A stretch of DNA of 64,000 bases, from sequence record NC_061451.1. One strand, 5' to 3'. A program made the position numbers and the translations under genes. The notes below the pieces were generated by a model. That model was not told the origin of the DNA, did no database searches, and saw only the letters and a program-made list of their open reading frames with translations. The first letter of the stretch is position 1, and the number at the start of each line of letters is the position of its first letter. Below are positions 1-9,218 of this stretch, piece by piece.

Positions 1-8
1 GCACGCGG

Positions 9-464
9 ATGTTCCGCAGTCCTATTCAGAACCTGCATTACGATATGCGTCAGCCCACAAAAGAGTTTCTTGCCGAGCTTGAGCTAATATGGAAACTCTA
101 CGGACCGTTCGATGCCATGTGCTTTGAGCGCTTCCAGTCTCGTGGTCTTGGCGGCAACACCATTGAAGCTATCAGCCTCATGCTCGGTGTCATATCGTTC
201 TTTGCGTTGAAGAAGAAATGCCCTCTTGATTTAATCACTGCTAGTCAGTGGAAAAATGCTTTCAACCGCAGCATGGACCTTAAAGGCTATTATGCGGAAT
301 ACAATCTGACGTCAAAGAAAAGCCAAAAAGCAATTCATGAATTTGATGCGAGCCTTATTGGCGTCTATACCTTTTATCGTCATTCAGAAATCAAACCGTT
401 TGCAGGCTTCAATCGTATCATCGATGCGTATGTTCCACGATTCCTGGAAGCACCTGTTCTTTGA
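9..464 (+). CDS. RuvC-like Holliday junction resolvase (probably 5'-truncated by the window edge)
   Basis: RNase H-fold acidic motifs CFERFQ and IHEFDA, plus ITASQWK; the frame is open to the window start. Confidence 0.55.
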   Translation: MFRSPIQNLHYDMRQPTKEFLAELELIWKLYGPFDAMCFERFQSRGLGGNTIEAISLMLGVISFFALKKKCPLDLITASQWKNAFNRSMDLKGYYAEYNLTSKKSQKAIHEFDASLIGVYTFYRHSEIKPFAGFNRIIDAYVPRFLEAPVL

Positions 465-473
465 GGAAATGAA

Positions 474-809
474 ATGAACATTGAACTTGAAACCCGTGTA
501 ATGAACATGCTGGCAGGCATTAGCCGTCATCTGGTTAAGCTTGGTAAAGGTGATGTGGCTGCCTACCAAGATCGTTTCTTCTACGAGCATTCATTCAGTA
601 CGCTGAACAAAGAAGACGACGAGACCGATGTGGTCGCTGTGTTGCGCGAAAAGATTGTGGCAGAACTTGCCGTGCGCGACATTGCACTGACCGAAGATTA
701 TCAGCCTGTGCTTACCTACAGACCGATGATTTTGCATCCGACAAACGAAGGTGAGTTCGTGTCGATCGTGGTTGGTTTCCCACTCGACGCACCAGTGGTC
801 CTGCCATAA
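474..809 (+). CDS. hypothetical protein
   Basis: ORF with GAGGA RBS, tightly packed with neighbours. Confidence 0.7.
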   Translation: MNIELETRVMNMLAGISRHLVKLGKGDVAAYQDRFFYEHSFSTLNKEDDETDVVAVLREKIVAELAVRDIALTEDYQPVLTYRPMILHPTNEGEFVSIVVGFPLDAPVVLP

Positions 810-812
810 ATT

Positions 813-820
813 CTGTAAAT
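813..820 (+). promoter_or_regulatory. CTGTAAAT candidate phage-sigma promoter box
   Basis: Intergenic, 33 nt upstream of the ORF at 854; the motif recurs before several genes. Confidence 0.5.
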
Positions 821-853
821 GATCTTACTTGGTTAACCTGTAGGATATTTGCG

Positions 854-1513
854 ATGGCGAAGTCAGTGAAAGAACGAAAAGCGGTTACGAAGATCGCTAA
901 AACAAAGAAGGGAAAAATTCCTATTCGCATTATCGAGGACACGCGCCCAATAATCATTTGCCCCGAGATGGAAGACAAACCTCGTCCGTTTCGTTTTCGC
1001 GGTCAGTGCCCGATAACAACCTGCCAGTATTGCACACGCGAAACTGCAACTGGCTGCATGTCGTTAGATCGTAAAGAGTCTTCCGACCGTTCTATCTCTA
1101 ACCGCGAGATTGCGTACTATAAGCGTAGCCTCTTTCCTGAACTTAAAGAGATGGATCAGAAACAGTTGGACACGACTGTTCGACGGGCACAGACTCGTAC
1201 CCGTACTGCTATCTGTCTCAATATGTTTATTGCCTCCGTTGATGATTCTGATTCTGATCGTTCATTTCAGTACGTGAAGGGCAGACACCCGTCAGTGGAC
1301 AATGTGCATAACTACATGGTTCAAACCTTTACCGACTACAGACCTTGGATGCTTGCCTATCTTGATGATGAGCAGCGCTTCGAAGAACTGGTCGGTAAGA
1401 TAGCAAATTCTGAATTTAATTTAGGTACAGCCTTGCGTCTTACGCCTCGTAAGTATCAGGTGTTCTGCAAAGCTCTAAACGACCTTAAACAATCTGGAGA
1501 AACCAATGAGTGA
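854..1513 (+). CDS. hypothetical protein with Cys cluster (possible Zn finger)
   Basis: CPEM...CPITTCQYC...GCM and a basic N-terminus. Confidence 0.7.
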   Translation: MAKSVKERKAVTKIAKTKKGKIPIRIIEDTRPIIICPEMEDKPRPFRFRGQCPITTCQYCTRETATGCMSLDRKESSDRSISNREIAYYKRSLFPELKEMDQKQLDTTVRRAQTRTRTAICLNMFIASVDDSDSDRSFQYVKGRHPSVDNVHNYMVQTFTDYRPWMLAYLDDEQRFEELVGKIANSEFNLGTALRLTPRKYQVFCKALNDLKQSGETNE

Positions 1514-3281
1514 TAACTTCATTACTCTTGAGCAATATCGCGCGATGATCGAACGCAACATCCTGACCGAACCCGCGATGTTAGTCAAGAACCAGACTCA
1601 GCCGCTTGGGCGAATCATCTTCCAAGCGCTGGGCGACAACATGCAGATGAAGGACATCATTGTTCCTGACTCTCGCAACGCGATTGACCTGACGCAGCAA
1701 GCGCCGCTGTCTAACCTGCTGGCCAGCTCGCAACTCAAGTCGCTGATTCAGCTTCGCCGTCTGGTAATCTTGAATCCGGATGATATGCCTGCACCAGAGC
1801 AAGGCATTAAGAAGCCTACTCTGTCGCAAGAGCCCGTTGCTGGCGCTACCTCGATCGATGGTACTACGATTCCAAACGCGACTGTTATCGTTGAGCAAAA
1901 CGGTAACGTCTGGACTGGTACTTCGAACGGTAGCGGTGCTTTCACTGTTGACGTGTCCGGACTTGCAGAAGGTCCATTCAGCGTAACAGTTACAGCCGAC
2001 AACTATGCGCCTTCGCGCTTCACTTACACCGCTGGTCCTCAGCCGTTGCAGCCGTACCCAGAACCTACTATTCATGCAGTCTTCAAAGAGACTCAGGTGA
2101 CAGGTACTACTGTGGCTGACGCGAACATCGTCGTCGAATTCGGCGGCAAGTCGTTCACAGGTCAGGCTACTAACGCCGGGGACTTTACCGTACCAACTGA
2201 CGCGCTGCCGTTCGATACCATCGTCGTCAAATTTGTCGCCGAAGGTTATCTGGATGCTCAGCGTAGCGTCAACACTTCATCCGTACCAGGCACTGCTACC
2301 ATCAGCGATCTCAAGTACCTCGTTACTGAAATCAATGGTACTGCAAGCCCTAGCGCTCAAGTCGAAGTGCTGGTGGATGGTCAGTCTAATCAGATCGTTA
2401 ACGCGAACATCGACGGCCTGTGGACTGCAACCGTGCAGCCTGTCAAAGGCGATGTGAATATCCGCAGTCTGGAAGTTAGCGGTTACGACGAAGCGACTGC
2501 AACTGTCAAGCCGACCACCAACACCATGGGCGCAATCACTATCGATAACGCAGACCAGTTCGGTGAGAACGAAACTGTCGTTACCGGTACTGTTGCAGGT
2601 CTGGATGAGAACGCGACCGACGTTGCTGTGACTGTTACTGTTCAGGCTGGCGTGTACGAAGGTACAGTCAATCTGTCTAACGGTACCTTCCGCGTTGAAG
2701 GCATCGATGCTAAAGCGGGTGTGGGTTCAAGTGGTGTCGTTGACATTACTTCGGCCTTCTACGAAGAAGCGTCCGAGTCGTTCACGATTCTGGAAGAGTT
2801 CTCTGTGCCGACTGTTACACAGGCACAGGACGGTGATACTTCAATCAAGGGTCAGACTTCAGGGTCTACCACTGTGAAGATCACTATGGGAAGTGAAACG
2901 AAGCAAGCATCTGCAACACCTCAGGGTGATTTTGAAGTTACTGGCTTCACCAACGTTGCGCCTGGTGCACTCACTATCGAGCTGTCTAAGTCAGGCTACC
3001 TGACCAAAACTTCTCAAGTGACGCTGGTCGTTCAGGCGTACGGCATTGCTGATGCAGCACCTAAGGTAGATGATACCACGGTGACTGGTCATGCAACGCA
3101 AGGTTCTACCGTTACCATTACTCAGGGTAGCGTAACTGGTGATGCACAAGCTGATGCGTCTACTGGTGAGTTCTCTGTAACTCTGTCTGGTCCGCTGACG
3201 GCAGGTGAGTTGCAATTCAAGGTGAGCCATGCTAACTACGTGGATTACACCGAAACTCTTACTGTGGCCGCTTCGGCCTAA
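1506..3281 (+). CDS. virion decoration/whisker-type protein with tandem bacterial Ig-like domains
   Basis: About six T/V/G-rich beta repeats, e.g. DTTVTGHATQGSTVTITQG...GEFSVT and ETQVTGTTVADANIVVEFG...GDFTVP. Confidence 0.75.
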   Translation: MSDNFITLEQYRAMIERNILTEPAMLVKNQTQPLGRIIFQALGDNMQMKDIIVPDSRNAIDLTQQAPLSNLLASSQLKSLIQLRRLVILNPDDMPAPEQGIKKPTLSQEPVAGATSIDGTTIPNATVIVEQNGNVWTGTSNGSGAFTVDVSGLAEGPFSVTVTADNYAPSRFTYTAGPQPLQPYPEPTIHAVFKETQVTGTTVADANIVVEFGGKSFTGQATNAGDFTVPTDALPFDTIVVKFVAEGYLDAQRSVNTSSVPGTATISDLKYLVTEINGTASPSAQVEVLVDGQSNQIVNANIDGLWTATVQPVKGDVNIRSLEVSGYDEATATVKPTTNTMGAITIDNADQFGENETVVTGTVAGLDENATDVAVTVTVQAGVYEGTVNLSNGTFRVEGIDAKAGVGSSGVVDITSAFYEEASESFTILEEFSVPTVTQAQDGDTSIKGQTSGSTTVKITMGSETKQASATPQGDFEVTGFTNVAPGALTIELSKSGYLTKTSQVTLVVQAYGIADAAPKVDDTTVTGHATQGSTVTITQGSVTGDAQADASTGEFSVTLSGPLTAGELQFKVSHANYVDYTETLTVAASA

Positions 3282-3284
3282 TGC

Positions 3285-3302
3285 AAGGGGCTTCGGCCCC
3301 TT
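3285..3302 (+). terminator. UUCG hairpin (terminator or mRNA-stabilising)
   Basis: AAGGGGC-TTCG-GCCCCTT; weak U tract. Confidence 0.55.
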
Positions 3303-3328
3303 AACAAAACAATTTCTGGAGAAAGACC

Positions 3329-4003
3329 ATGACAACCAAAGCCGCATCTTCGAGCAAAGTAAAGCCGATTACCCTGAACGCGTACAACGAACGCTACAAA
3401 GACGACTCCGTTGCTTCGCTGTATGTACTGAACCGTACTGAGCCGCGCGGTAACGTAGCATTCTCTGCTGTCAACGATCTGGGCCAGCCTATTGCCGTAG
3501 TAGTTCCAGCTACTTTCATTCCAATCGACCTGACCACTCAGGCGACTAAAGAAAGCCTGATGAAATCTACTCACTTCCGTCGTGCATTGAATCAGCGCCA
3601 GCTGGTCATTCTTGACAACGAAAGTGCAGAGAACTTCCTGCGCTCCAACCCTTTGGCTAAAACCGAAATGCGCAACCTGAGCCGCATCGACGGTCTGATT
3701 GCAAGCGATCTGAAAGAGATCGAAGGCTCTGATGATCTGGAAGAAATCGATCTGGGCGGTGGCGGCGGTCGTAAGAAGATTCGCCACTTCGAAGGCGATA
3801 ACATCTCGTCTAACCAGTTCGTTAACGCATTCATCTCTCGCGCCGCAGAAGACAGTCAAGAGTCTGATGAGAACCTTGAGCGTGAATTCCTGAACAAAGG
3901 TCTGAGCCTGCCTGTTGAAGAACTGGAGCTGCTGCGCAAGCACATCACCCGTCCTGCAATCGTTGAGCTGATCGTTCAGGCGCTGGACGAAGCCGAAGCG
4001 TAA
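3329..4003 (+). CDS. probable structural protein; N-terminal domain paralogous to that of 1506..3281
   Basis: VLNRTEPRGNVAF...IDLTTQA...RQLVIL aligns with VKNQTQPLGRIIF...IDLTQQA...RRLVIL. Confidence 0.7.
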   Translation: MTTKAASSSKVKPITLNAYNERYKDDSVASLYVLNRTEPRGNVAFSAVNDLGQPIAVVVPATFIPIDLTTQATKESLMKSTHFRRALNQRQLVILDNESAENFLRSNPLAKTEMRNLSRIDGLIASDLKEIEGSDDLEEIDLGGGGGRKKIRHFEGDNISSNQFVNAFISRAAEDSQESDENLEREFLNKGLSLPVEELELLRKHITRPAIVELIVQALDEAEA

Positions 4004-4025
4004 TCGTTCAAAAAAGCATTTAGAC

Positions 4026-4064
4026 AAAAAAAATGGGAGGCCCCGAAAGGAGTCTCCCATTTTT
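4026..4064. terminator. bidirectional intrinsic terminator
   Basis: A8-T-GGGAGGCCCC-GAAA-GGAGTCTCCC-ATTTTT between convergent genes. Confidence 0.85.
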
Positions 4065-4168
4065 GTTACAGCAACTTATTTTTCTGCTCTGCTCTAATAG
4101 CACGTTCTATGCGCGTATTGCCTAGATAACGAAAGTAACTAAGTCTGATAGAAGTCTGGTGCTCACGT

Positions 4169-5275
4169 TCACGTAGGTCGGCGAGCGTGTGACTTTTGAA
4201 CCTTCTTCTTGGCTTTAGCGCCATCTTTCTTTTCCTCTTTTATCGGACGTGCCCAGCCCAACTCTTTAGCAGGAACAAAACAGTTCTTGCCGTGAATCTC
4301 TCTGAGAAGTTCTTTGACTTCCTTGATGATCTGCATACTCGCATTATCAGGGTCGAGCTTAATCAGCTTGCCGTCTTCATCGAACTCACGAGGTAATTTG
4401 AAATGCTTAACTTGCAGTGGTGAGTTACGATCAAACTCCGCTTTGATTTTGTTGCGGAGCATCTTACCTGCTGCATCGTTATCTGTCATCGTGTAGACAA
4501 CGCTGATGCCTAACATCTCAATCGTTCTGCGTTTCGTTTCACCGAACTGCTCTGCACCCAGCACAGCGACTGCTGGAATGCCATACGACAATAGCGCAAG
4601 AGCATCACGCGGACCTTCAACGATCACAATGTACTTGAGTTTGTATTTCTTCAAACACTCTTTCGCTAACTGCAAGGGGAACAGGCCTTTATCCTTTGCC
4701 CAATCACCTTGCGAGTTTACATAGCTGGTGCCGTTCATCTGCTTTCTCAGATACGCAGCGATACCACCTATGTACTTTGTTCCATGCTTACACGGAAAGA
4801 AACAAATGCTTGTGCCTGTGCGCTGTGCATTCAACAAACCACCAGCAGCACGAACAAGCGCTCCAGGATATCCGCGCCATTCTTCATCGAGTGGCCAATC
4901 AAGATAGCTGTTACGACCGAGCGCTTTCATCAACAGACCAACTGACGGGTAAGTACCAATCTTCTGACCTATCTGCTCATACGTTCTGAGCAACGCACTT
5001 AACGAGTTCGTGCCAGCATCTTTAATCGCCCAGCCTTTGATCTCTTGGAGCTTCGCGTGCTGTGCTAACTTGTTCCAGCCGCCTTTCTCTCCGCAACCAA
5101 AACAGTGGAAGAAACCTAGAGGTATCTCCATGCCCACAGAAGTGTAAATACCACAACTAGGAGTCTTATCACTGTGGAAGGGACAACACACCATGATAGT
5201 GTCGCCGTTATATTTCTTATCGCCGGGTATCTTGCCTATTTCATCAAGAATTATCTGATGGACATCTTCTGCCAT
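4169..5275 (-). CDS. DNA primase (CHC2 zinc finger + TOPRIM)
   Basis: CPFHSDKTPSC...FHCFGCG; IVIVEGPRDAL; MTDNDAAG; GAGGA RBS before the ATG at 5275. Confidence 0.92.
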   Translation of the reverse strand: MAEDVHQIILDEIGKIPGDKKYNGDTIMVCCPFHSDKTPSCGIYTSVGMEIPLGFFHCFGCGEKGGWNKLAQHAKLQEIKGWAIKDAGTNSLSALLRTYEQIGQKIGTYPSVGLLMKALGRNSYLDWPLDEEWRGYPGALVRAAGGLLNAQRTGTSICFFPCKHGTKYIGGIAAYLRKQMNGTSYVNSQGDWAKDKGLFPLQLAKECLKKYKLKYIVIVEGPRDALALLSYGIPAVAVLGAEQFGETKRRTIEMLGISVVYTMTDNDAAGKMLRNKIKAEFDRNSPLQVKHFKLPREFDEDGKLIKLDPDNASMQIIKEVKELLREIHGKNCFVPAKELGWARPIKEEKKDGAKAKKKVQKSHARRPT

Positions 5276-5315
5276 ACCATCCTCTACTTGCTTCGTAATT
5301 TGAGCATATACGCAC

Positions 5316-5323
5316 ATTTACAG
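5316..5323 (-). promoter_or_regulatory. CTGTAAAT candidate promoter box on the - strand
   Basis: Oriented toward the primase, the only minus-strand gene, about 40 nt upstream of it. Confidence 0.55.
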
Positions 5324-5337
5324 TTTCTGGAGCTATC

Positions 5338-5673
5338 ATGAGCAATCAGCATCGCTACGTTGCATCTGCGCAGCGCCGCTTCTATTCGAAGAACTGGTTG
5401 GAGTTTTGTGATCTTATTCGAGTAGAGCCGCAGAAGATTGGCGCTTTCAACAAACAGGGTGATTTGATTGGTCTCCAGTTGCCTGTTGATTTTGACTACA
5501 CGACTGCAACAAAAAGCCTGCGCCTGATGTACGCTGTCAAGGAAGAAGGTGTCGATATGCGCTGCTACCTGTTTGGTGCTCGCTACTACAAGTTCGTTTT
5601 CTTTGAAAAAACAATTGCCGTAAGCGAGGAAGAATATGAGATCGTTAGCCAACGTTCCAGCGCGAGTCAATGA
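5338..5673 (+). CDS. hypothetical protein
   Basis: GGAG RBS; divergent from the primase. Confidence 0.7.
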   Translation: MSNQHRYVASAQRRFYSKNWLEFCDLIRVEPQKIGAFNKQGDLIGLQLPVDFDYTTATKSLRLMYAVKEEGVDMRCYLFGARYYKFVFFEKTIAVSEEEYEIVSQRSSASQ

Positions 5674-6721
5674 CACACGGAAGCTGTCACGCATCGGTAA
5701 GATGATCGACGCCGCACTTGACGTTAAGATTCAAGAGAAGCGTTGGCCAAAGAAGCGTGTTAGTCCGTCAATGTTCCCTATCTGTCCGATTCAGGAAACT
5801 GCCAAGCTCATCTATCAGAAACATAACAACGCAATGACGGGTGAGTCTGGTACGCTGCTGAACATCTTTGCGAAAGCGGGTACGGGGATGCACGAAGCGA
5901 TTCAGAATGCTCTGGGTCATAGTGGTCAGATGGTAGGCCACTGGAAGTGCACCAACGAAAAGTGTGAGGAGTACCCGAAGACTAAAGGCAAGATGGTCGA
6001 TGGTAAATACAAGAAGGGCAAGTACACGCGCACTAAAAGCACGAACAACCGCTGCCCTTGTTGTGACCAGCCGATGGCCTATGCTGAACTCAAGGTGCTG
6101 TACAAAACTCTCAAGGGATATGTCGATGGACTTGTCGATAACCTTGATGGCACGTACAGCCTGATCGATTTGAAGTCAACGATGATCACGAAAGCAGAGG
6201 ACGGTACGTTCTTTGTCAAGTACCATCGCTTCCAGATTGCAACCTATGCCTATCTGCTCAAGAAGCGCTATGGATATAACATCGTTGACTACACTCTGGT
6301 ATATGTTCCACGCGACAACCCTAAGAAGTTTGTCGAGAAGACCTTTGTGTTTGACGAAGAAGAAGCAAAACGCGCCAAAGACTTTATGATGGTGCAGATA
6401 CGCGCTTGGGATGCTGCGGTAAAATCGGCTGCTACTGGTGACCTGATGCCTGCTATCAAACGCAAGCCATGCAAGAGCGCCGAGTATTATTGGGATGAGT
6501 TTCACGGCTACGACACTTGTCCGTTTGTAGATCATTGCTTTATTCAATCACACATGATCGACTTCATGAAGAAGTTAGAACAACGAATCATGGCTAACCC
6601 CGAACTGACGTACACGGAAATCATTACGACAGGTCGGAAAACTCAACAACAAGGATTGCTGCCGGACAAGAAACCGAAGTCAGGTCGTCCGAAGCATATC
6701 GTAAAAACATTTGAGCTATGA
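5636..6721 (+). CDS. Cas4/RecB-like PD-(D/E)XK exonuclease
   Basis: GTGMHEAIQ; GYVDGL; LIDLKST; QIATY; one N-terminal Cys plus C-terminal C..C..C (Fe-S staple pattern). Confidence 0.85.
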   Translation: MRSLANVPARVNDTRKLSRIGKMIDAALDVKIQEKRWPKKRVSPSMFPICPIQETAKLIYQKHNNAMTGESGTLLNIFAKAGTGMHEAIQNALGHSGQMVGHWKCTNEKCEEYPKTKGKMVDGKYKKGKYTRTKSTNNRCPCCDQPMAYAELKVLYKTLKGYVDGLVDNLDGTYSLIDLKSTMITKAEDGTFFVKYHRFQIATYAYLLKKRYGYNIVDYTLVYVPRDNPKKFVEKTFVFDEEEAKRAKDFMMVQIRAWDAAVKSAATGDLMPAIKRKPCKSAEYYWDEFHGYDTCPFVDHCFIQSHMIDFMKKLEQRIMANPELTYTEIITTGRKTQQQGLLPDKKPKSGRPKHIVKTFEL

Positions 6722-7128
6722 GCATCGAAAGAGACTATGAACGTTCTGCGCGAAGACTTAAGGAGTCTGTCCGACGCATGGAACAACTCGGTTATGTTGT
6801 TCCCCATTGCGTTGTTTTAGTTCTGGCCAAGCTGCGGCCACCCAAAGAGGTGGTGTCGAGAAAGTACCTCGTTATTCTGATGTTGTTCAGTCAGACGTGT
6901 GAGACGCTGGGTGCTACCTTGACTATGCGTGAGCAGCTTGTGGTCAAACTGACTATCTTAGGCCGTAAGCATCCAACGCCAGAGATTGTGCGTAAGCAAC
7001 AGCGCATTGATCAACTGGTAATATCGCAAGACAAGATCATTGAGAGTAACCTCGACCTGCTTGCGTATCGTTCGGAGATACTGCTGGCAATTCTCAGGGG
7101 CGAAGATCCAAAATCACGATACATTTGA
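6718..7128 (+). CDS. hypothetical protein
   Basis: ORF overlapping the upstream stop (ATGA coupling). Confidence 0.7.
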   Translation: MSIERDYERSARRLKESVRRMEQLGYVVPHCVVLVLAKLRPPKEVVSRKYLVILMLFSQTCETLGATLTMREQLVVKLTILGRKHPTPEIVRKQQRIDQLVISQDKIIESNLDLLAYRSEILLAILRGEDPKSRYI

Positions 7129-7136
7129 GGTAATAT

Positions 7137-7601
7137 ATGACCATCGTTTATATCAGCCTGAGTCAAACGTCTTCGGATAAGAACCGAGACCGTGTCTCAA
7201 GCCCTGAGTCGAACACTGGACGTGTTGACGTGTCTGAATACGCTTCTCTTGAGAAGAAATTGCGCCTCACAGAAGAAGCCAAGGACAAAGAGAAACTTGC
7301 ACAGAAAGCTGGTGGCGGGGATTCTGTAAAGAATAAGAAAGCCAAGCCTAAAGCAGATGATGCAGGAGGAGATGATGATGCCAAGGATGATGACGCAAGT
7401 TTCGACGACTTCGATACTGGAGATGACGACGATGATGCAGATTCCGACGCTTCGAACGGAAAGAAATCTAACAAAGCCAAGGGCGGCAAAGACAAGTCAG
7501 AAGAAACTGACGGCGGAGAACCCTCAAGTGAAGATGGGGATGATTCTGCTGAAGGAGATGATGACGGCTCCGACGACGACTTTGAAGACGAAGACGCCTG
7601 A
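7137..7601 (+). CDS. acidic low-complexity protein with N-terminal ISLS motif (probable internal head protein)
   Basis: MTIVYISLS; D/G/S-rich C-terminus; GAGG RBS. Confidence 0.7.
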   Translation: MTIVYISLSQTSSDKNRDRVSSPESNTGRVDVSEYASLEKKLRLTEEAKDKEKLAQKAGGGDSVKNKKAKPKADDAGGDDDAKDDDASFDDFDTGDDDDDADSDASNGKKSNKAKGGKDKSEETDGGEPSSEDGDDSAEGDDDGSDDDFEDEDA

Positions 7602-7617
7602 GGAAGCATACGAAGAA

Positions 7618-8076
7618 ATGCGTGATATACTGATCGCTATTCAGTATATGTGTGTCAAGCGTATGGTCTTCCCGATTGTCACTGCCCGCATTGAGCAGAA
7701 GAATGGTTTCTTGGTAATGCACGCCATGCGTTTCAATGTCAGTCCCAAGAAATTCTTCGAAGCTATTAACGAGCGCAACGGTCAGATCAATTGTGTCTGG
7801 CTGCTGCGTGCATTTACTCGTACTGCAATCAGTTATGGCCTCAAGCCTGTGATCGTCGAGAAGCTGAATGAGTACCAAGCGTTCAGCTCTCGTTTCTTTG
7901 ATCACTCGGATGTAGACCTGACTTATCGTCGTCAGTACGATTACCGTGAACTGGCAATTCTGGCAGAGCATCCCAAACCTCGAATTTATACGCTGAATGG
8001 AGTTGATTACGATGGCGTACAAATCCCAAGCAAAGAAACCCAAGAAGTCGAAAGCCGCGAAAGAAGCGGAAGTTAG
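7618..8076 (+). CDS. hypothetical protein
   Basis: 3' part of ORF 7357..8076; the start is placed after the upstream stop. Confidence 0.6.
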   Translation: MRDILIAIQYMCVKRMVFPIVTARIEQKNGFLVMHAMRFNVSPKKFFEAINERNGQINCVWLLRAFTRTAISYGLKPVIVEKLNEYQAFSSRFFDHSDVDLTYRRQYDYRELAILAEHPKPRIYTLNGVDYDGVQIPSKETQEVESRERSGS

Positions 8077-8668
8077 ACAGAAAGCGCACAAGCAAGCGCG
8101 TTCGGGTAAGCTCGGTAAAGCAGTAAAAACAATGAGTGCGGCGTCTGCAAAGAGTCGTCGTATGACCAAAGGCGAGAAGCGTGCTGTAATGCTTACGCCG
8201 TTCAAAGCACAGGTTGTTCCCCAGCCACCTAAAACTCCTCTGATGGATAAAGGTCTGTCGCTGAATGCTCTCATCAAGTCAACTCCACGACTGATGAAAG
8301 AGAATGCGATGGAGTGTTATGTGAACTCAGTCAAGCGTGGCAAGACACCGAAAGGTTTGCCTTTCATTCAAGCCAACGTTAGACACAAAGACCCACTGCG
8401 TCCTAACAAGACCGTGCGCATTCACAAGCCGATGATTGTTGGCCTTGACGATCCCTACAAGCCGATTTCAAAGCAGAAGCGCGTGCTGGTCAGTTGTCCG
8501 TGTGAGAACTTTGTGTTCATGTGGGAATACGCTGATGCCGAACACGGCGCTGCGCGTATCATCTACGGTAACGGCGAACCGCCTGACTTCACTAACCCCG
8601 GTCGTGCTCCAGGTCTGTGCAAACACCTGATGGCTTTAGCTGATCAAGTAAAACTGCACGGAGACTAA
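8012..8668 (+). CDS. SWIM zinc-finger protein
   Basis: VSCPCENF...GLCKHL (CxC...CxH); basic N-terminus; GGAG RBS. Confidence 0.75.
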   Translation: MAYKSQAKKPKKSKAAKEAEVRQKAHKQARSGKLGKAVKTMSAASAKSRRMTKGEKRAVMLTPFKAQVVPQPPKTPLMDKGLSLNALIKSTPRLMKENAMECYVNSVKRGKTPKGLPFIQANVRHKDPLRPNKTVRIHKPMIVGLDDPYKPISKQKRVLVSCPCENFVFMWEYADAEHGAARIIYGNGEPPDFTNPGRAPGLCKHLMALADQVKLHGD

Positions 8669-8670
8669 GT

Positions 8671-9204
8671 TTGGATATTTTCACCTCTGATACCCACTAC
8701 GCATCACAGCGAACTCTGGAGTTTAGTCGTCGTCCATTTGCGAACGTATCTGAAATGGATAGAACAATGCTGGACCGTTGCAATGCTGTAGCAACGCGTG
8801 AAGACACGCTATATCATGTTGGCGACTTCGGTGCTTACGAAATGGTGAAGTACATCAATGCGCCTGTCATTCTGATTTGCGGTAACTACGAAATCAATGA
8901 CATGCACAAGCAGTTCAACTCGGACTTTGATGCGTTTCGTGATCACCTACGTCGTCTGGGATTCAAAGACGTTATCCGTGATAGTCTGGAAGTTGGGGAT
9001 ATGCACCTCAATCATTATCCTACTAAACGTAGCCGAACGAAGTTCAGCCTGTTCGGTCACATTCACGGTTTGCAGATGGTCAAACGCGGAGCACTAAATG
9101 TCGGCGTTGACTGTCACCACTATGCGCCAGTAGATGCTGGTCGCCTTGCGTTCTTCCGTAACTTTATCGAGAACCATTACGACGAAGACGTGTTCGGACC
9201 TTAA
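8671..9204 (+). CDS. calcineurin-like metallophosphoesterase
   Basis: FTSDTHY, HVGDF, GNYE, FGHIH; TTG start with GGAG. Confidence 0.85.
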   Translation: MDIFTSDTHYASQRTLEFSRRPFANVSEMDRTMLDRCNAVATREDTLYHVGDFGAYEMVKYINAPVILICGNYEINDMHKQFNSDFDAFRDHLRRLGFKDVIRDSLEVGDMHLNHYPTKRSRTKFSLFGHIHGLQMVKRGALNVGVDCHHYAPVDAGRLAFFRNFIENHYDEDVFGP

Positions 9205-9218
9205 CGGAGAGTAATACC

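Noticed and set aside
3278-4060. 260-aa minus-strand ORF
   Set aside because: Shadow of 3329..4003; it starts inside the terminator hairpin.
4131-4140. 10-nt complement (GAAAGTAACT) to the loop region of candidate sRNA 2
   Set aside because: A 10-mer match is plausible by chance in 64 kb, and the strand transcribed here (primase 3' UTR) would have the same sense, not antisense.
5636-6721. Possible CRISPR-Cas locus suggested by the Cas4-like gene
   Set aside because: No repeat-spacer array and no cas1/cas2 or other cas gene in the window.
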